DNA of 53,777 nucleotides, the filler included, from Streblomastix strix (taxonomy: Eukaryota): NCBI GenBank assembly GCA_008636045.1. It is 3 parts of 3 records of this genome, joined end to end, with 100 filler letters (N's around TTAATTAATTAA, not from the genome) between each part and the next. Parts side by side here need not be neighbours in the genome. Positions count along the whole stretch, not along the records: positions 35,927 to 53,777 come from SNRW01000666.1; 2 more parts are not named here. One strand, given 5' to 3'. Shown piece after piece: positions 38,580 to 50,249 of the stretch (position 1 is its first letter; the number at the start of each line of letters is the position of its first letter). Made by a program: the position numbers and the translations under genes. The notes under the pieces were generated by a model that saw only the letters and a program-made list of their open reading frames with translations, was not told where the DNA came from and made no database searches.

Positions 38580-39042
38580 GATACTTGGTCATTGTCCTTC
38601 GGAAAGATAAATATTTCTGTGTTGATAATGTAAAATATTTCTTCCTTACGATTGAAGGGGAGCCGAAAGCAGACCGTACTGCGTCCATGTTACTCGAGAA
38701 GAAAATACTATGTTTAGCTATCGAAAATGAAGGAACAGAAACAATAGCATTAGCTCCTAAGAATTATTATTTAAAAATAGGAGAAAAGGAAAAAATAAAA
38801 TTAAAAGGAGTATCATAAATCACAAATCATATAACCAAATAGAATATAATTGATAATATTTATAGTGGAACGATAACAAAAACGACTAATATGCAGCTAA
38901 GGCAGAAGAATAATATAATGCCTAAAATAATTACATAAAGAATGGCATTATTGGCATCAACACTAAGATGGTGGTACTAAAAGATTAATGCTGTTGCCAT
39001 TTTATCGTGGGATTGAAAGCTAGTGAATATATTATTGATTGA
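38580..39042 (+). pseudogene. C-terminal fragment of a second protein-primed DNA polymerase B
   Basis: KKILCLAIENEGTETIALAPKNYY..IKLKGV aligns by eye with KKILGWNIESESTTCLALAPKCYY..MKLKGV of the pPolB at 51566-53777. Confidence 0.75.
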
Positions 39043-39054
39043 GCATAAATAAAT

Positions 39055-40441
39055 TCATATTTTGGATGTAATTGTTTTTATTACTGTAGAGCCAGCCCCA
39101 CCTTCGTTGAGGCTCGTCGAAGACTCATCATCATTCAAAGATTTACTACTTGATTATGATTTAGTATCTTCAGATTTCACTTTAATTGATAAGTATTCAC
39201 TATTACAATACTCTTCGTTAGTTAATTTGACTAATTTTTCTATGTAATGAGGTGTAAATGATCTTTCAGCGAGTTTAATACGAGTTCTATCGAAGTTTGA
39301 TCTAGCTTTGATAGTTAGACCTTGAATTTAACTAATTTTATTATAAGCTTCATTAATCGACTGTAGATCAACATCAGCAATAGCTTTCATTCCATTAACT
39401 GATGAAAATAACTTAAATAGAGTTGTTTCTTTCTCTGATTTAGCAGCATAATTATGAATAATTAGATTTGTTAAAGCCATTTATTAAGATATCAGCTTAT
39501 TATTTCGTGATATTTACATCTTAACTTGCTTTAGCATCTTATTCTGGTTATTCTTGGTATTTTATAAGCTAAATATCAAATCAAAGTACTTCAAATACCT
39601 CTGATATGAGATCTTAGTCTTTCTTTTTATCGAATTTTATTTTCGTTTTCCCTAACTTCTCGTACCTAAATACTTGATTTGGTTTTTTTGGTTATTATCT
39701 CTTATTTACTGTATCATATTCAAAGTCTTTGATTCTTGAATCAGGTAAAACTATACATCTCTTACATTCATTGTAATCTACACAAGCAAATATATTTATA
39801 TCGTATTATTCAGTAGTTATTTTTTTAACTATTGAATTCCCAGCAAATAAAATTGGAGGATCCATATTACAATATATATGTAAACCTCCATGACCAGTTT
39901 TAACTAAGGCTACGTTTAATTCAGATTGATAAATCTTCTCTAAGAGTTCATTTCGTATGAGATTTCTCTCTTCTTAACTTAATTTCTTGTCTATTTCCAT
40001 ATCAACAATAGCTAAGTATGGACAATCAGCAATATTTATAGCTTTTCCAGTAGTTCTCCTAGTTTTAACTGGTTTTACTTACTCATCATCGTCTAATGGA
40101 GTAATTTCATCGTTGAATTTCATGAAATCATATAATTATATCAATTTCTCGGAAATTCGTGGACTAAGTTCTTTAGATGTACAATATTTGTAATCTTGCA
40201 GTAATTTTTTAATTTATTTTATAAACCTATTAATTACAAATAAATCGAACTCTTCTAATGAATCATTACGATGTGATTCAGCTTCTTAAAGCATCCTATT
40301 ATAGTCAAGATGCAGTCTATCAGCCGTTTTAGAGTAGAGAATAGTTATTTAATCTCGTTCTTATGGAGAATACTCGGTGATTTATGATTTGATTTCAAAT
40401 TCATCGGAAGATAATTATGAGACTTTTTAACTTTGAGCCAT
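39055..40441 (-). pseudogene. Prim-Pol (AEP superfamily) primase-like protein
   Basis: YLAIVDMEID, LVKTGHGGLHIYCN, DINIF and CIVLPDS motifs. In-frame TGA near 39581; no helicase module follows. Confidence 0.7.
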
Positions 40442-40756
40442 TTTGCCATCTACCTAAAATGTTGTTTCTAAAAAAAGATTAATTAAAAATAATAAAAAAA
40501 ATAATAGAAAAAAGAAATAAATATATTTAATAATAAAATGAAAATTAATTAATTTTAATAAAAAATAAAAACTTAAATGACCTCGAGCACCGAGCTCCAA
40601 GCACCTCAAATTAATTTTAATTTTCTTATTTTAACGAACTTAATATATATAATATTGGAACATTTTTAATTATTAATTCCACAAACGTTATTTCTTATTG
40701 ATTTTGCATTTATATTTAATAAAAATAAATTTAATATACATCATATTTTTCAATGC

Positions 40757-42690
40757 TCATACATTTCTAATCATAGTCCCACCAACTTCACCAATGATTT
40801 CAAAGTTTAAAATCAATGGATCAGGAGCATCATCAAAGGTAAATCTAATGATTGCATCACAGAGATAGTGCATCTAGAGAGTTATCTAGGCATATGTTGG
40901 AGTAGGATATACTCATGTTGCTATAAATGAAATAAAATTGTTTTTATTTTAGTCTGCAGCGAATTTAATCAGTTCAGTACCAACAATTCCTTCTGTTAAA
41001 CTACCTGTAGGAGAGACTTAAATATTAATTCATGCACCCATTTTTGACGTATTATAACCTCTCATGAATGAATCATCAGTTGCCATCTTCCAAGCAAGCA
41101 TGAATTTGCTTTACTTCCTCTAAATAACGTAGTTTTATAGAAGAAATTCTCTCACTCTTTGTAGTTATTACCAATATGCCCATAGTAATCACCGTTTGAT
41201 TCATTTATGGTTTGGTTTTGGAAATTCAATGAATGATATAAATCTGATGATGCAGAAACTAAGTCTTATTCAACAAAGCATTCGAACATCTATGCAGTGA
41301 CTATTGGATTCAACGATACATATTCTTATTAAATTAGATGTCACTGATCAATTTCCAAATTGAACTTCTGAAATAACACTGGATAAAACAATGTTGGATA
41401 TAATTTCACAGCAAATGTAATAAACATAACTTTTATGTTAGAATATGACATTATACTTTACATAGAACCACCAGTATATACGAATCCTCGAAATGGGAAA
41501 TTAGTCGATTACATACGTATAATTTACGTTGGAAAATTCAATATTTTTTGAGTTCTTATCATATCAATGATAGCTTCTTCATTCTTCATATTGAAACCGA
41601 CATTATGAATATCTAACTTTTTGAATCTAGCTTCTTTAATTTAACTTAATGTATTTGTAGGTCTTCTATCAGTAGCTAGTTTTCCTTCCATATTAACAAT
41701 TCTTACGTTAAATTTATTATATGATGCAACTGTAAAATCTTATAAATATATAATTTCTAGTTTCTCTGGTGGAAGCATTAAATAAGCAAGATGATCATTT
41801 GTTACTGGATTATACTTATTCAACCGTACAACTTTCAAATCTTACAAGAAATCTTACGTCCATAACTATAAATATATCGAAGCATAATTACGTGTTAATT
41901 CTGGAAATGAATTGAATATTGGATTTAACTAGTTTAAATCAAGTACTCCAGCAATTATTATGTCTTCTGGAATTTTATAATTAAATGCACCTGCAGTTGT
42001 AGCAAATTTTATAACTGGAATATCGAAGAAGATTCCACAATGTCTTCTTCCTCTAACTATTGATTCTAATGACGATACACTCACTGAATTGTTTGTACAT
42101 AAATCTGATAATGTATTTGCAGCTATCACAGCTTATTCTCAAACATAAATTGTTGTCTCCCATAGTTTTGTATTATCTTTACAGATTGCTATTTATTAGA
42201 ATGGTCCACATGCTGTTAAATAGCCAATCCATAGCTTAATATGTTCTTAATGATCTATTGGTTATAATGTTGCTCCATCTCCGCATTACATAGTTCGAGT
42301 ACAATCTGCTTATGGATCATCTTGCCCATTGAAATTTACTATTGTTCTAACGTTAGCTTCAGTGTCAATATTTGCTGGAAGAGCTGTAGCATTAAGTTAC
42401 AATGCCGATCTATTTCCCGGAATAGTTATTTACCAATTAGCCTAACATGATTATGTAATGGAACAAGTAGTATTACCTCATGCACCTAATGGAGCTCTAG
42501 AATATCTTTAGCCATCACTTGTTAGTTAACTAACAGGTTAACCAAAGAATTCTTATCTACTTAGTTAGAAACTCTATGGATGAATTGATGCTTATCCTAA
42601 TACTTCTGAAATCGCTGAATAAGTAGATATATATTCAGAATGCTAAACGCGAGCTAATTTCTAATTATAATCACTTGCTGAGAAACTCAT
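40757..42690 (-). pseudogene. Probable double-jelly-roll major capsid protein
   Basis: About 640-codon beta-strand-rich frame (MSFSASDYNQ...HYLCDAIIRFTFD..IIGEVGGTMIRNV*) with a few TGAs and frameshifts. Assignment rests on size, composition and Polinton context, not on a diagnostic motif. Confidence 0.6.
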
Positions 42691-42725
42691 TAAGTTTGGT
42701 TTACTTAGAATTTAAAACAGTAAGT

Positions 42726-42985
42726 ATGTTTTATTATTCAAACAGATACACTAACTAAAAAATCAAATTATAATTCAATAGGATATTTCAGTGGATTGAA
42801 GAATTTTTAGAAGTAAGATACTAAGTGGTATTAAGAAAGTTGCTGGCTGGGTAGTGCCTACTTTACATAAAGTAATGGGTACTTTAAGTGGACCAGTAAG
42901 TATGTTGCATCCAGGTGCTGGTTAGATCATGGGAACTGTCGGTAATATTGCAGGTGCAGTAGATAGGCATTTAAATAAAAGATGT
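42726..42985 (+). pseudogene. Small amphipathic protein resembling the adenovirus pVI membrane-lytic helix
   Basis: GYFSGLKNF / SKILSGIKKVAGWVVPTLHKVMGTLSGPV..GTVGNIAGAVDRHLNKR; frameshifted. Confidence 0.45.
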
Positions 42986-43229
42986 GCTTTAAAATTAATC
43001 AGTATAATTATTTTTCTATTAATAAACTCATCAATGGAATATTTATATGAATTTGCATAATCACTAAGAAAAGAAAATAATGCTTCTGATAATGAAGTGT
43101 TAAAAATATTTGAAGCATTGGTTGATGACAAGGAATTAGATGATTTTCAATAATAGTTCTATGATTAGAAAAAAATAAGAATGTAATGAAAGATTTGGTC
43201 TGATATCGGAAAAAACATAGGAAGTCATA

Positions 43230-43687
43230 GGTTATCTTCACCATTTAGATACATTAAGCTAAGTTAATTAATAGTATCCACAAAATAATTGATTATCATT
43301 ATCTAAGATATACTAATTATATATCTATTTTTCGTCATCAGTTGCTTCAAATATAATATATTTCTTTATTTATTATGGTTATTGATTCAAATTCATCTTC
43401 TTCTTGATTTGATTATATTCATTTGCATATTACTTAATATTCTCACCATATATTTTATTTTTATAGTCTTCATCATCAACAAATTATTTAACTGATTATA
43501 ATTTACTCTATTATGTTGTGAATTACTTTTTAATTCTTAATAATTCTTTAAGTAGTATATGTTATGAATCTTATTTACTTTTCATCAGTTGATTTTATAG
43601 TGTTTCTATCGTTGTTCTTATTAAATCTTCATCTTCGTAGTTTGTTTTTGCAAGTTCAATGAATAATTATTTAAGTGGTTTTGACAT
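43230..43687 (-). pseudogene. Small hypothetical viral protein
   Basis: MSKPLKQLFIELAKTNYEDEDLIR... with internal TGAs. Confidence 0.4.
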
Positions 43688-43724
43688 GTTTCTAAGAAAA
43701 ATAAATTAGATATTAATTACATTT

Positions 43725-45802
43725 TCATAATGTTCTTCCATTGAATATTAATGTATTACCATCAGCTCTGATTTATAATCCTCTGTTATCTGTATTTTAG
43801 TCAGCTGTTCTGCATATATATAATTCGCCAGCATTTCTTTTTATTATTGTCCATTAACCATCAATTTCACCTGATGAACTAGCCGATGTTCCTATATTAA
43901 TAGCGCTAACATTATAAATGGGACTATTTGATATTCTTATCGCTTCACCGTATGATACATCAGTTGGATTTAATTAAATACTACCTAAAGTAGTGTCTGC
44001 AAATGTCTTTCTACCTGTAATTGATTAATCAGTTCCTACATTAACTAATTCATTACCATTGAATGTTATTTTTGTACTATCACTATTAATACTTAGACCA
44101 ACACTATGATCAGCATATCGTAGAGATGATGGGTTAATTGTCAAAACATTATCATTTGCTTTACTTATTTCCCATTATCCAGCTTTAGTTGTATTTATAA
44201 CTGTAGTATCACATCCTAAATATAATGCTGAATAATTACTATAATCTCCTATTTTAATACCATAATTATATGTAGTATAATTTCGTCCCATTGGATTAAC
44301 TTATAGCATATTATTTATTATTCCACCATTACTTAAATTATATGAAATTGGTATCTATGTTTAGGTTCCACTAATTGATAAAACAATATCTTATGTTAGA
44401 ATCTCGATAAATCGATTAGTCATGTATGAACTTTAATTACTAACAGTAACAGTTACACTCCCACTACCAGACATCATATGAATCCATACTGTATATCAGC
44501 TGTAGAATAAGATCCTGTATGAGTGTGTAATAACTGATCAGCTCCATAATAAATATTGTACGCAGGTTATACATAAGATGGAGCAGTAAATACACCATAT
44601 ACATCAGCGATTCCATTAACTGTATAATTAGGGACGAAATCAATAGTTTACATAGCGTTTGTATTACATGTTATTTAGAATTATATATATGGTGCTTCTG
44701 TACTTGTTCCTATTGGAAATACACATAGTCTAATATATCCACCTGCTCCACTGGAGTATGATCTAGATAATTTGCTACCAATAGTAGTTGTATCTCCATT
44801 AGCACATTGAACTTCAGTTGCTAATCCACAAGACGTAATAAATTTAGTAGTAGTTACATTTCCATCATAAGTCAATTACTATGGATGAATATGATCATGT
44901 CTTGAATAATATGCTGAAGTATCATTATTTCCAACTCCAATAACTACAGGTACAATTGAAGCATTAGTTTAGACATTAATAAGATGAGAATGATTATTTC
45001 TAGTATATGAATCAGCAGTTCCATAAGATCCATCTGCAGAATCACTAACTGGAATAGTATTTACAGTCAAAATTGGATGTTAATGATCAGATCTAGCATA
45101 AGAACTAGCTGAATCGAAATTGCCAACAGAAGTATCTTTACCTGGTAAAACGTCACTAACTTATATTGGATGCTTATGATCTCCTCTTGAATACTCAGTT
45201 GAAGTTCCTGCAACTCCTGTTCCACTATCAACTAATGGAATAGCATCACTTGCAGGAGTTACTTAATCAGGAACTATATCTCCACTGTTATACCAACTCT
45301 AATCATACATCCATACTGTACCACTTTCAGCTGAGAAAGCAAAATCACCATTGGCAGAATTAGGTAAATTTTATATATCTGTGTTCAATAAATAGTATCC
45401 TCTAAAATGTGTTTATCTATTAAGTTCATCATTAATTACATTAATTTATTATTACAAATCTCCAATATCTTAAGTTGCAGTTCCCAATGTCTATTGTAAT
45501 ACGTTAACTTCTTATTCTTATGTAGTTATTTTACCTAAGAAATCATTATTTAATAAATTTATATTCTTCAATGTCATAACACCATGAGTATCTAGTTTCA
45601 TTGCGTAATTTTAAGCATTATCTATTGGAGCATATATTAATGAGTTTTACTCATCAACTGTCAATTAATATTCACTTCCTGATAATTAACTGCTAGAACT
45701 TGATGATTTCTTAGAATTTTATATCAAATATTGGAAATCTGATTATATTAATGAACGAATAACTTAGATCTATCATTAACTCAAGGTTTTAGCTAATGTC
45801 AT
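43725..45802 (-). pseudogene. Fibre-like virion protein with phage tail-fibre-type repeats
   Basis: N-terminal coiled coil, then four G..Y.R.(D/N)H.H repeats (YSRGDHKHP, YARSDHQHP, YTRNNHSH, YSRHDHIHP), TDQSITGRKTF and a beta-rich C-terminus ending GNTLIFNGRTL*. Frameshifts near 45590 and 44490. Confidence 0.65.
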
Positions 45803-45839
45803 ATTTGAATAAAGAAAAATAAATATAATCATAAATATT

Positions 45840-47037
45840 ATCATTGATTCTTTAATATTTCATATTTACTCTACCATTTATTAAGTATTAGGAACTCATA
45901 TTTATTAAGTGTACCATACAGTAATATAAACTCATCAAAGTCAATATTCTAAATAGAATTCTATTCATAAGCTTGTTTTAAATCACTTTCAGATAGATTA
46001 ACTCCTAAACACATAACATGAGATAATATTCCTGCTGTTTTGAATAAGTAACTTGGTCGTTAAGCAACAAAGAAAACAGTATTTTTACTATGACGAGAAT
46101 CGGAAACTAAATGTGTTATTGTCTTAGCTAATCCAGAAGAGAATCTTTAAATATCAGCATTACTTCCTATGTCATCAAATATTAACAATGAATCTAACAG
46201 TAAACTATGAAATAATAAAGGAAACTTCCTTATTTTTAATTCGGCATCACCATAATCTTATGATATATCTATTTTTCTCTCGAATTATACGTTATGAATC
46301 ATAGCAGGAATAGTAAATCTCATTATCATTGTTGGACCACTATATTTAGTTATGATATTGAAGAATATAAATTTATTAAATAATGATTTCTTAGGTAAAA
46401 TAACTACGTAAGAATAAGAAGTTAACGTATTACAATAGACATTGGGAACTGCAACTTAAGATATTGGAGATTTGTAATAATAAATTAATGTAATTAATGA
46501 TGAACTTAATAGATAAACACATTCTAGAGGNNNNNNNNNNTCCTTACGTTTCTCTAATTATTATTCAGGTGTTGCAGAAGCAATTCGTGATGGATTCTAT
46601 TTTATTGGATTCGTTATTAATATTCTTTCTTTCATTCTCTGTATGTAATCAGATTTGTACGATACATTTACTTCACTTAACTTCCAATATGCATATATTT
46701 CTTTAACTTAATATTTAATTTCTTCAAATTAAGGAAGGAAATACATAGCTTCATCATATGTTATATTAGTTAAGACTATATTCTTAGAATTTAGATTCAA
46801 TGCCATAATCTCATCAGCACCAAAATTAGAGAAATACAAAATGATTGTATTGATTCTTTATTTGTAGATTATTATCAGTTTGCTTAATAAAATTGTTTTA
46901 TCTGAACCAACTGCACCTACTATATAATGGTTGCAATTGATTAAGAATAATGAATTCCTTGTCAATGGCTTAGTTTTATATACATCTAACATAGAATTAT
47001 CAGTGAACGTCACAGATTTTATCTCGGATAACGTCAT
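45840..47037 (-). pseudogene. A32/FtsK-like genome packaging ATPase (interrupted)
   Basis: Walker A-like YIVGAVGSDKT, Walker B LLIFDD, SRHSK (Arg finger) and FVAQ motifs. Interrupted by an inverted duplication and an N gap at 46349-46540. Confidence 0.8.
46349..46529 (+). repeat. Inverted near-identical copy of 45399-45580
   Basis: The sequence is the reverse complement of part of the fibre gene, with about 2 mismatches, and abuts a 10-N gap. Confidence 0.9.
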
Positions 47038-47482
47038 TATATTTATTATAAAACAAATGTATGTTAAATATTTTAATAATAAATTCTATTTTTTTGGAGT
47101 TAATTTCATTGTATCTATAATTTCTCTATCAATTCCTAAGTAATTAACAGACATTATTACGTTAATAAAATAATTATGGAGTTATTTTGATGTGATTCTA
47201 GTTCATATAAATATAATTATATTTATATTTCAATTCGTTTATTGTAGGAGAAAGAAATTAAAAATGGAATCATAAAAGGAATCATAAGAGAAACCAAGAT
47301 ATTTTCATTGGTCTAAGTATTCAAATGAATAAATAGAGGATTTCATTAAGGAAGCCATAGAAAAATAAGATGAGGAACTTGCAAAGATCTGGAGATATAT
47401 ATTGTATTTGAGGTTATTGAATCTTAAAATATATGATAACGGTAATTGAAGTGTGTAATTATATCTCTTATTTTTAAATTTA

Positions 47483-48060
47483 TCAATCTGCAGATTAATT
47501 ATGAATAGCATATGAATCGCAAACCTAAACACAAAAATCATCAGGTAAACCTAGCTAGCACATTGTATTTACTATAACATTATCATTAGGATTAATAAAA
47601 CAATCTATAGAAATTGCTCCATTCCTACATATTGGATAACCAATAACTTTTTATGCAAACATAACAGCATTTAATGGTATGTTAGTTGGTGTTCCACAGA
47701 ATTTTGGTTTTATAGCATTATCAACGATTGAGAATAAAGTATATCCTGATTACCATACTGTATTAGTATCTGAATGAGTTATTTATAGTGAAACATATAC
47801 TCTACTATTTTATGTTGTTAACGTACCCCATGTTCGTTACTCATACATTCCATAAGCAATTGCTGAATAACGTGCATTTTTTATAGGTTCATAATCTAAT
47901 TAATCCTTATCAATGGTATCTCCATTAGCTAATAATATTTAATTACTTGTTCCACCTAATTTAATGATTCTATTAACTGCGATAGGCTATGTAAATGATT
48001 TGATTCCTGTAATAACTTATGCTGTATTTAATGTTACTAAATCAGATATTGATTATTTCT
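47483..48060 (-). pseudogene. Second fibre-like gene (5'-truncated)
   Basis: LVTLNTAQVITGIKSF and IKLGGTSNQILLANGDT resemble motifs of the larger fibre gene (QSITGRKTF; LATEVQCANGDT), followed by a different C-terminal domain. Confidence 0.55.
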
Positions 48061-48149
48061 TAAATTATTAACTAAAATAAGTAAAAAAAATTTATAATTT
48101 CACTATTTATTTATTAAGTTATTTATTTTTACAACTTCTATAGTGATTC

Positions 48150-49018
48150 TATTTCTAATTATTATTTCTTCATCTTCTCATATTCTGATTTCATTTATTA
48201 TAGTTCTTCTTCTGATGGATCTTCCAAGTCAATTATTTATTATGCTTCTTCCTCCATTAGTTTTCAACAAAAATAAACAATTTCATATTGATATAGTTTT
48301 CAAAAATCTTCTGGTCCAATATCTGATTCTAGCTTGTCAGATAATCTAACAAAGTCTTTATTAACGCGATACAGTTTCTCAATACTATTCCATAATACGA
48401 TATCTATATTAGAAATTGAAACATTCTTGATGAGTACTTCATCTACTCTTACAATCTCTTTCTTCTTATATTTTTTTGAAGTAAAGTTATTGTACCTCAT
48501 CCGTGGTTCTTCCATTACAACTTCAATATCTTTCTCTTCTTCCTATGTTATTAATGCCCAGAGTTTAATATAGTAATCAGAGTTAAATATGAAATCTTCA
48601 CCTTTCTTTCGTGAATCAACACATCTCCAAATCGTATCTATGATGAATTTCTATACTTCAAAGTTAGGATGGGATAAGTATATATCCTTAACAACTTATT
48701 CTGGTTCAATTTGAGCTGTTTCACGTGGAACTTCTTTGTATTTATTGATATTATACTTGTTTTTTCGTGATCTTTCAGTTTAGATCTCTCGTTGTGGTTC
48801 TTCTAGCTCTTATCGTAGATAAGATCTGCTCACATTTGTGAGTTCATCGATTATTATATTTATAACTATGGAATTTGCACTGCTTTCCTGAATCCATTCG
48901 TTATAGCTTCATCAATTGCTTATAATCTGGCTTTTTCTTCTTCTGATAATTCATTCTTAACAGTATCAACATGTTTACTTTTATGAACTTTTATTTGATT
49001 TGTTTAGATTGTTGTCAT
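48150..49018 (-). pseudogene. Hypothetical viral protein
   Basis: MTTIQTNQIKV..., one frameshift, then a long open frame including the listed MEEPRMRY.. ORF. Confidence 0.45.
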
Positions 49019-49059
49019 TTAATTTTGTGTTTAAATAAAATCAATAATTATCTAATAAA

Positions 49060-49676
49060 ATGAATCAAGTATAAGCATTATAGAATCTCATGAAAAACGG
49101 AACTTCAAATGACTATTTCAATAATGGATATATTATGTAAGATAAAGATAAGATAAAATAAATGAAGAAAGAAAGAAAGCAGCAAGAACTCTGACTCATG
49201 CATAATAAACTAAGCTGTTATTAGAAACAAGAGGTGGAGGTTAAACTAAGCAACCAAAACTAACATTAAAAAGACATGTTGAATAAAATAGTGATGAAGC
49301 AGAAGATGAGTAAGAAGATTATCCAATGAATATGGATGATGATGATTAAGACGATAAATAAATTATCATAGAATAACCAAAGCAAACTCCTAAACCAAAG
49401 CCGAAGAAAACAGTAAAGAAGCTACAGATAAATTATACTTCCCCATCAGTAGATTTAGAAGAACTAATACGTTTTTGAATAGAAAACTCATTCATTAAGT
49501 AATGACATCAAGAATCTATTAAGTAAATTGTGAAATATAAAGCAAAAATAAGAGACTATAAATAAAAGAAACTTAACGATGAATATGTAGATTAAATATA
49601 AACTCCACCATAAGAATAAATTCCTGAATAATAGTAATAGCAAGAAATTAGATTTAATGAAACAGATTTATGGTGA
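49060..49676 (+). pseudogene. Hypothetical low-complexity viral protein
   Basis: MNQVQALQNL..., acidic tract and PKPKPKK; a frameshift and internal TGAs; ends TDLW*. Confidence 0.45.
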
Positions 49677-49681
49677 TAAAA

Positions 49682-50181
49682 TCACTCTTTATCTTCATCA
49701 ACATCACGTTCATTATCCTCTTCAGATGAATTTTAGGATTTTCTTATATATATCCTAGTTATTAAAATACTACTTGATCTTGATCCTTAATACTCAATAA
49801 TTCCTATATTTTTATAACTTTCTCATCATATTATTCAATTGTTTTATGAAACCAAGCAAGTTCATCTCTATTTAGAATTACAATTCTTTATAAACGTTAA
49901 ATTAGTAACAACTAAGAATTCGGAGCATTATACTTATATTCAAGTGCGTTTTATTTATCCTTAGCATGATTAATTCTCTTCCTGATTCGTTATGCTTATT
50001 TTGCATCTTCTTCAGTTGCACACTTACGTTTTCGAAGTTTCAAATTAGGAATTTAACGTAATTCATCAGGTGATTTAAGTTTTGAGATATTATCAGCGAA
50101 TATTTATAATTATTCTTCAGGAGATTTAACTGGAATACTAAATTACCACTTCCTTTTTTAAGCTTTTGGCACATTTGCCAT
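49682..50181 (-). CDS. Small basic helical viral protein, possibly DNA-binding
   Basis: MANVPKAQKRKW..LRKRKCATEEDAKQAQRIRKR; open for about 150 codons with TAR=Gln, frameshift before the acidic tail. Confidence 0.5.
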
Positions 50182-50249
50182 GTTTCTATTTTTGATAAGA
50201 AATTAAGGAAAAATAATAAAAAATTAAATTTCATATTTTAAAATATTAT

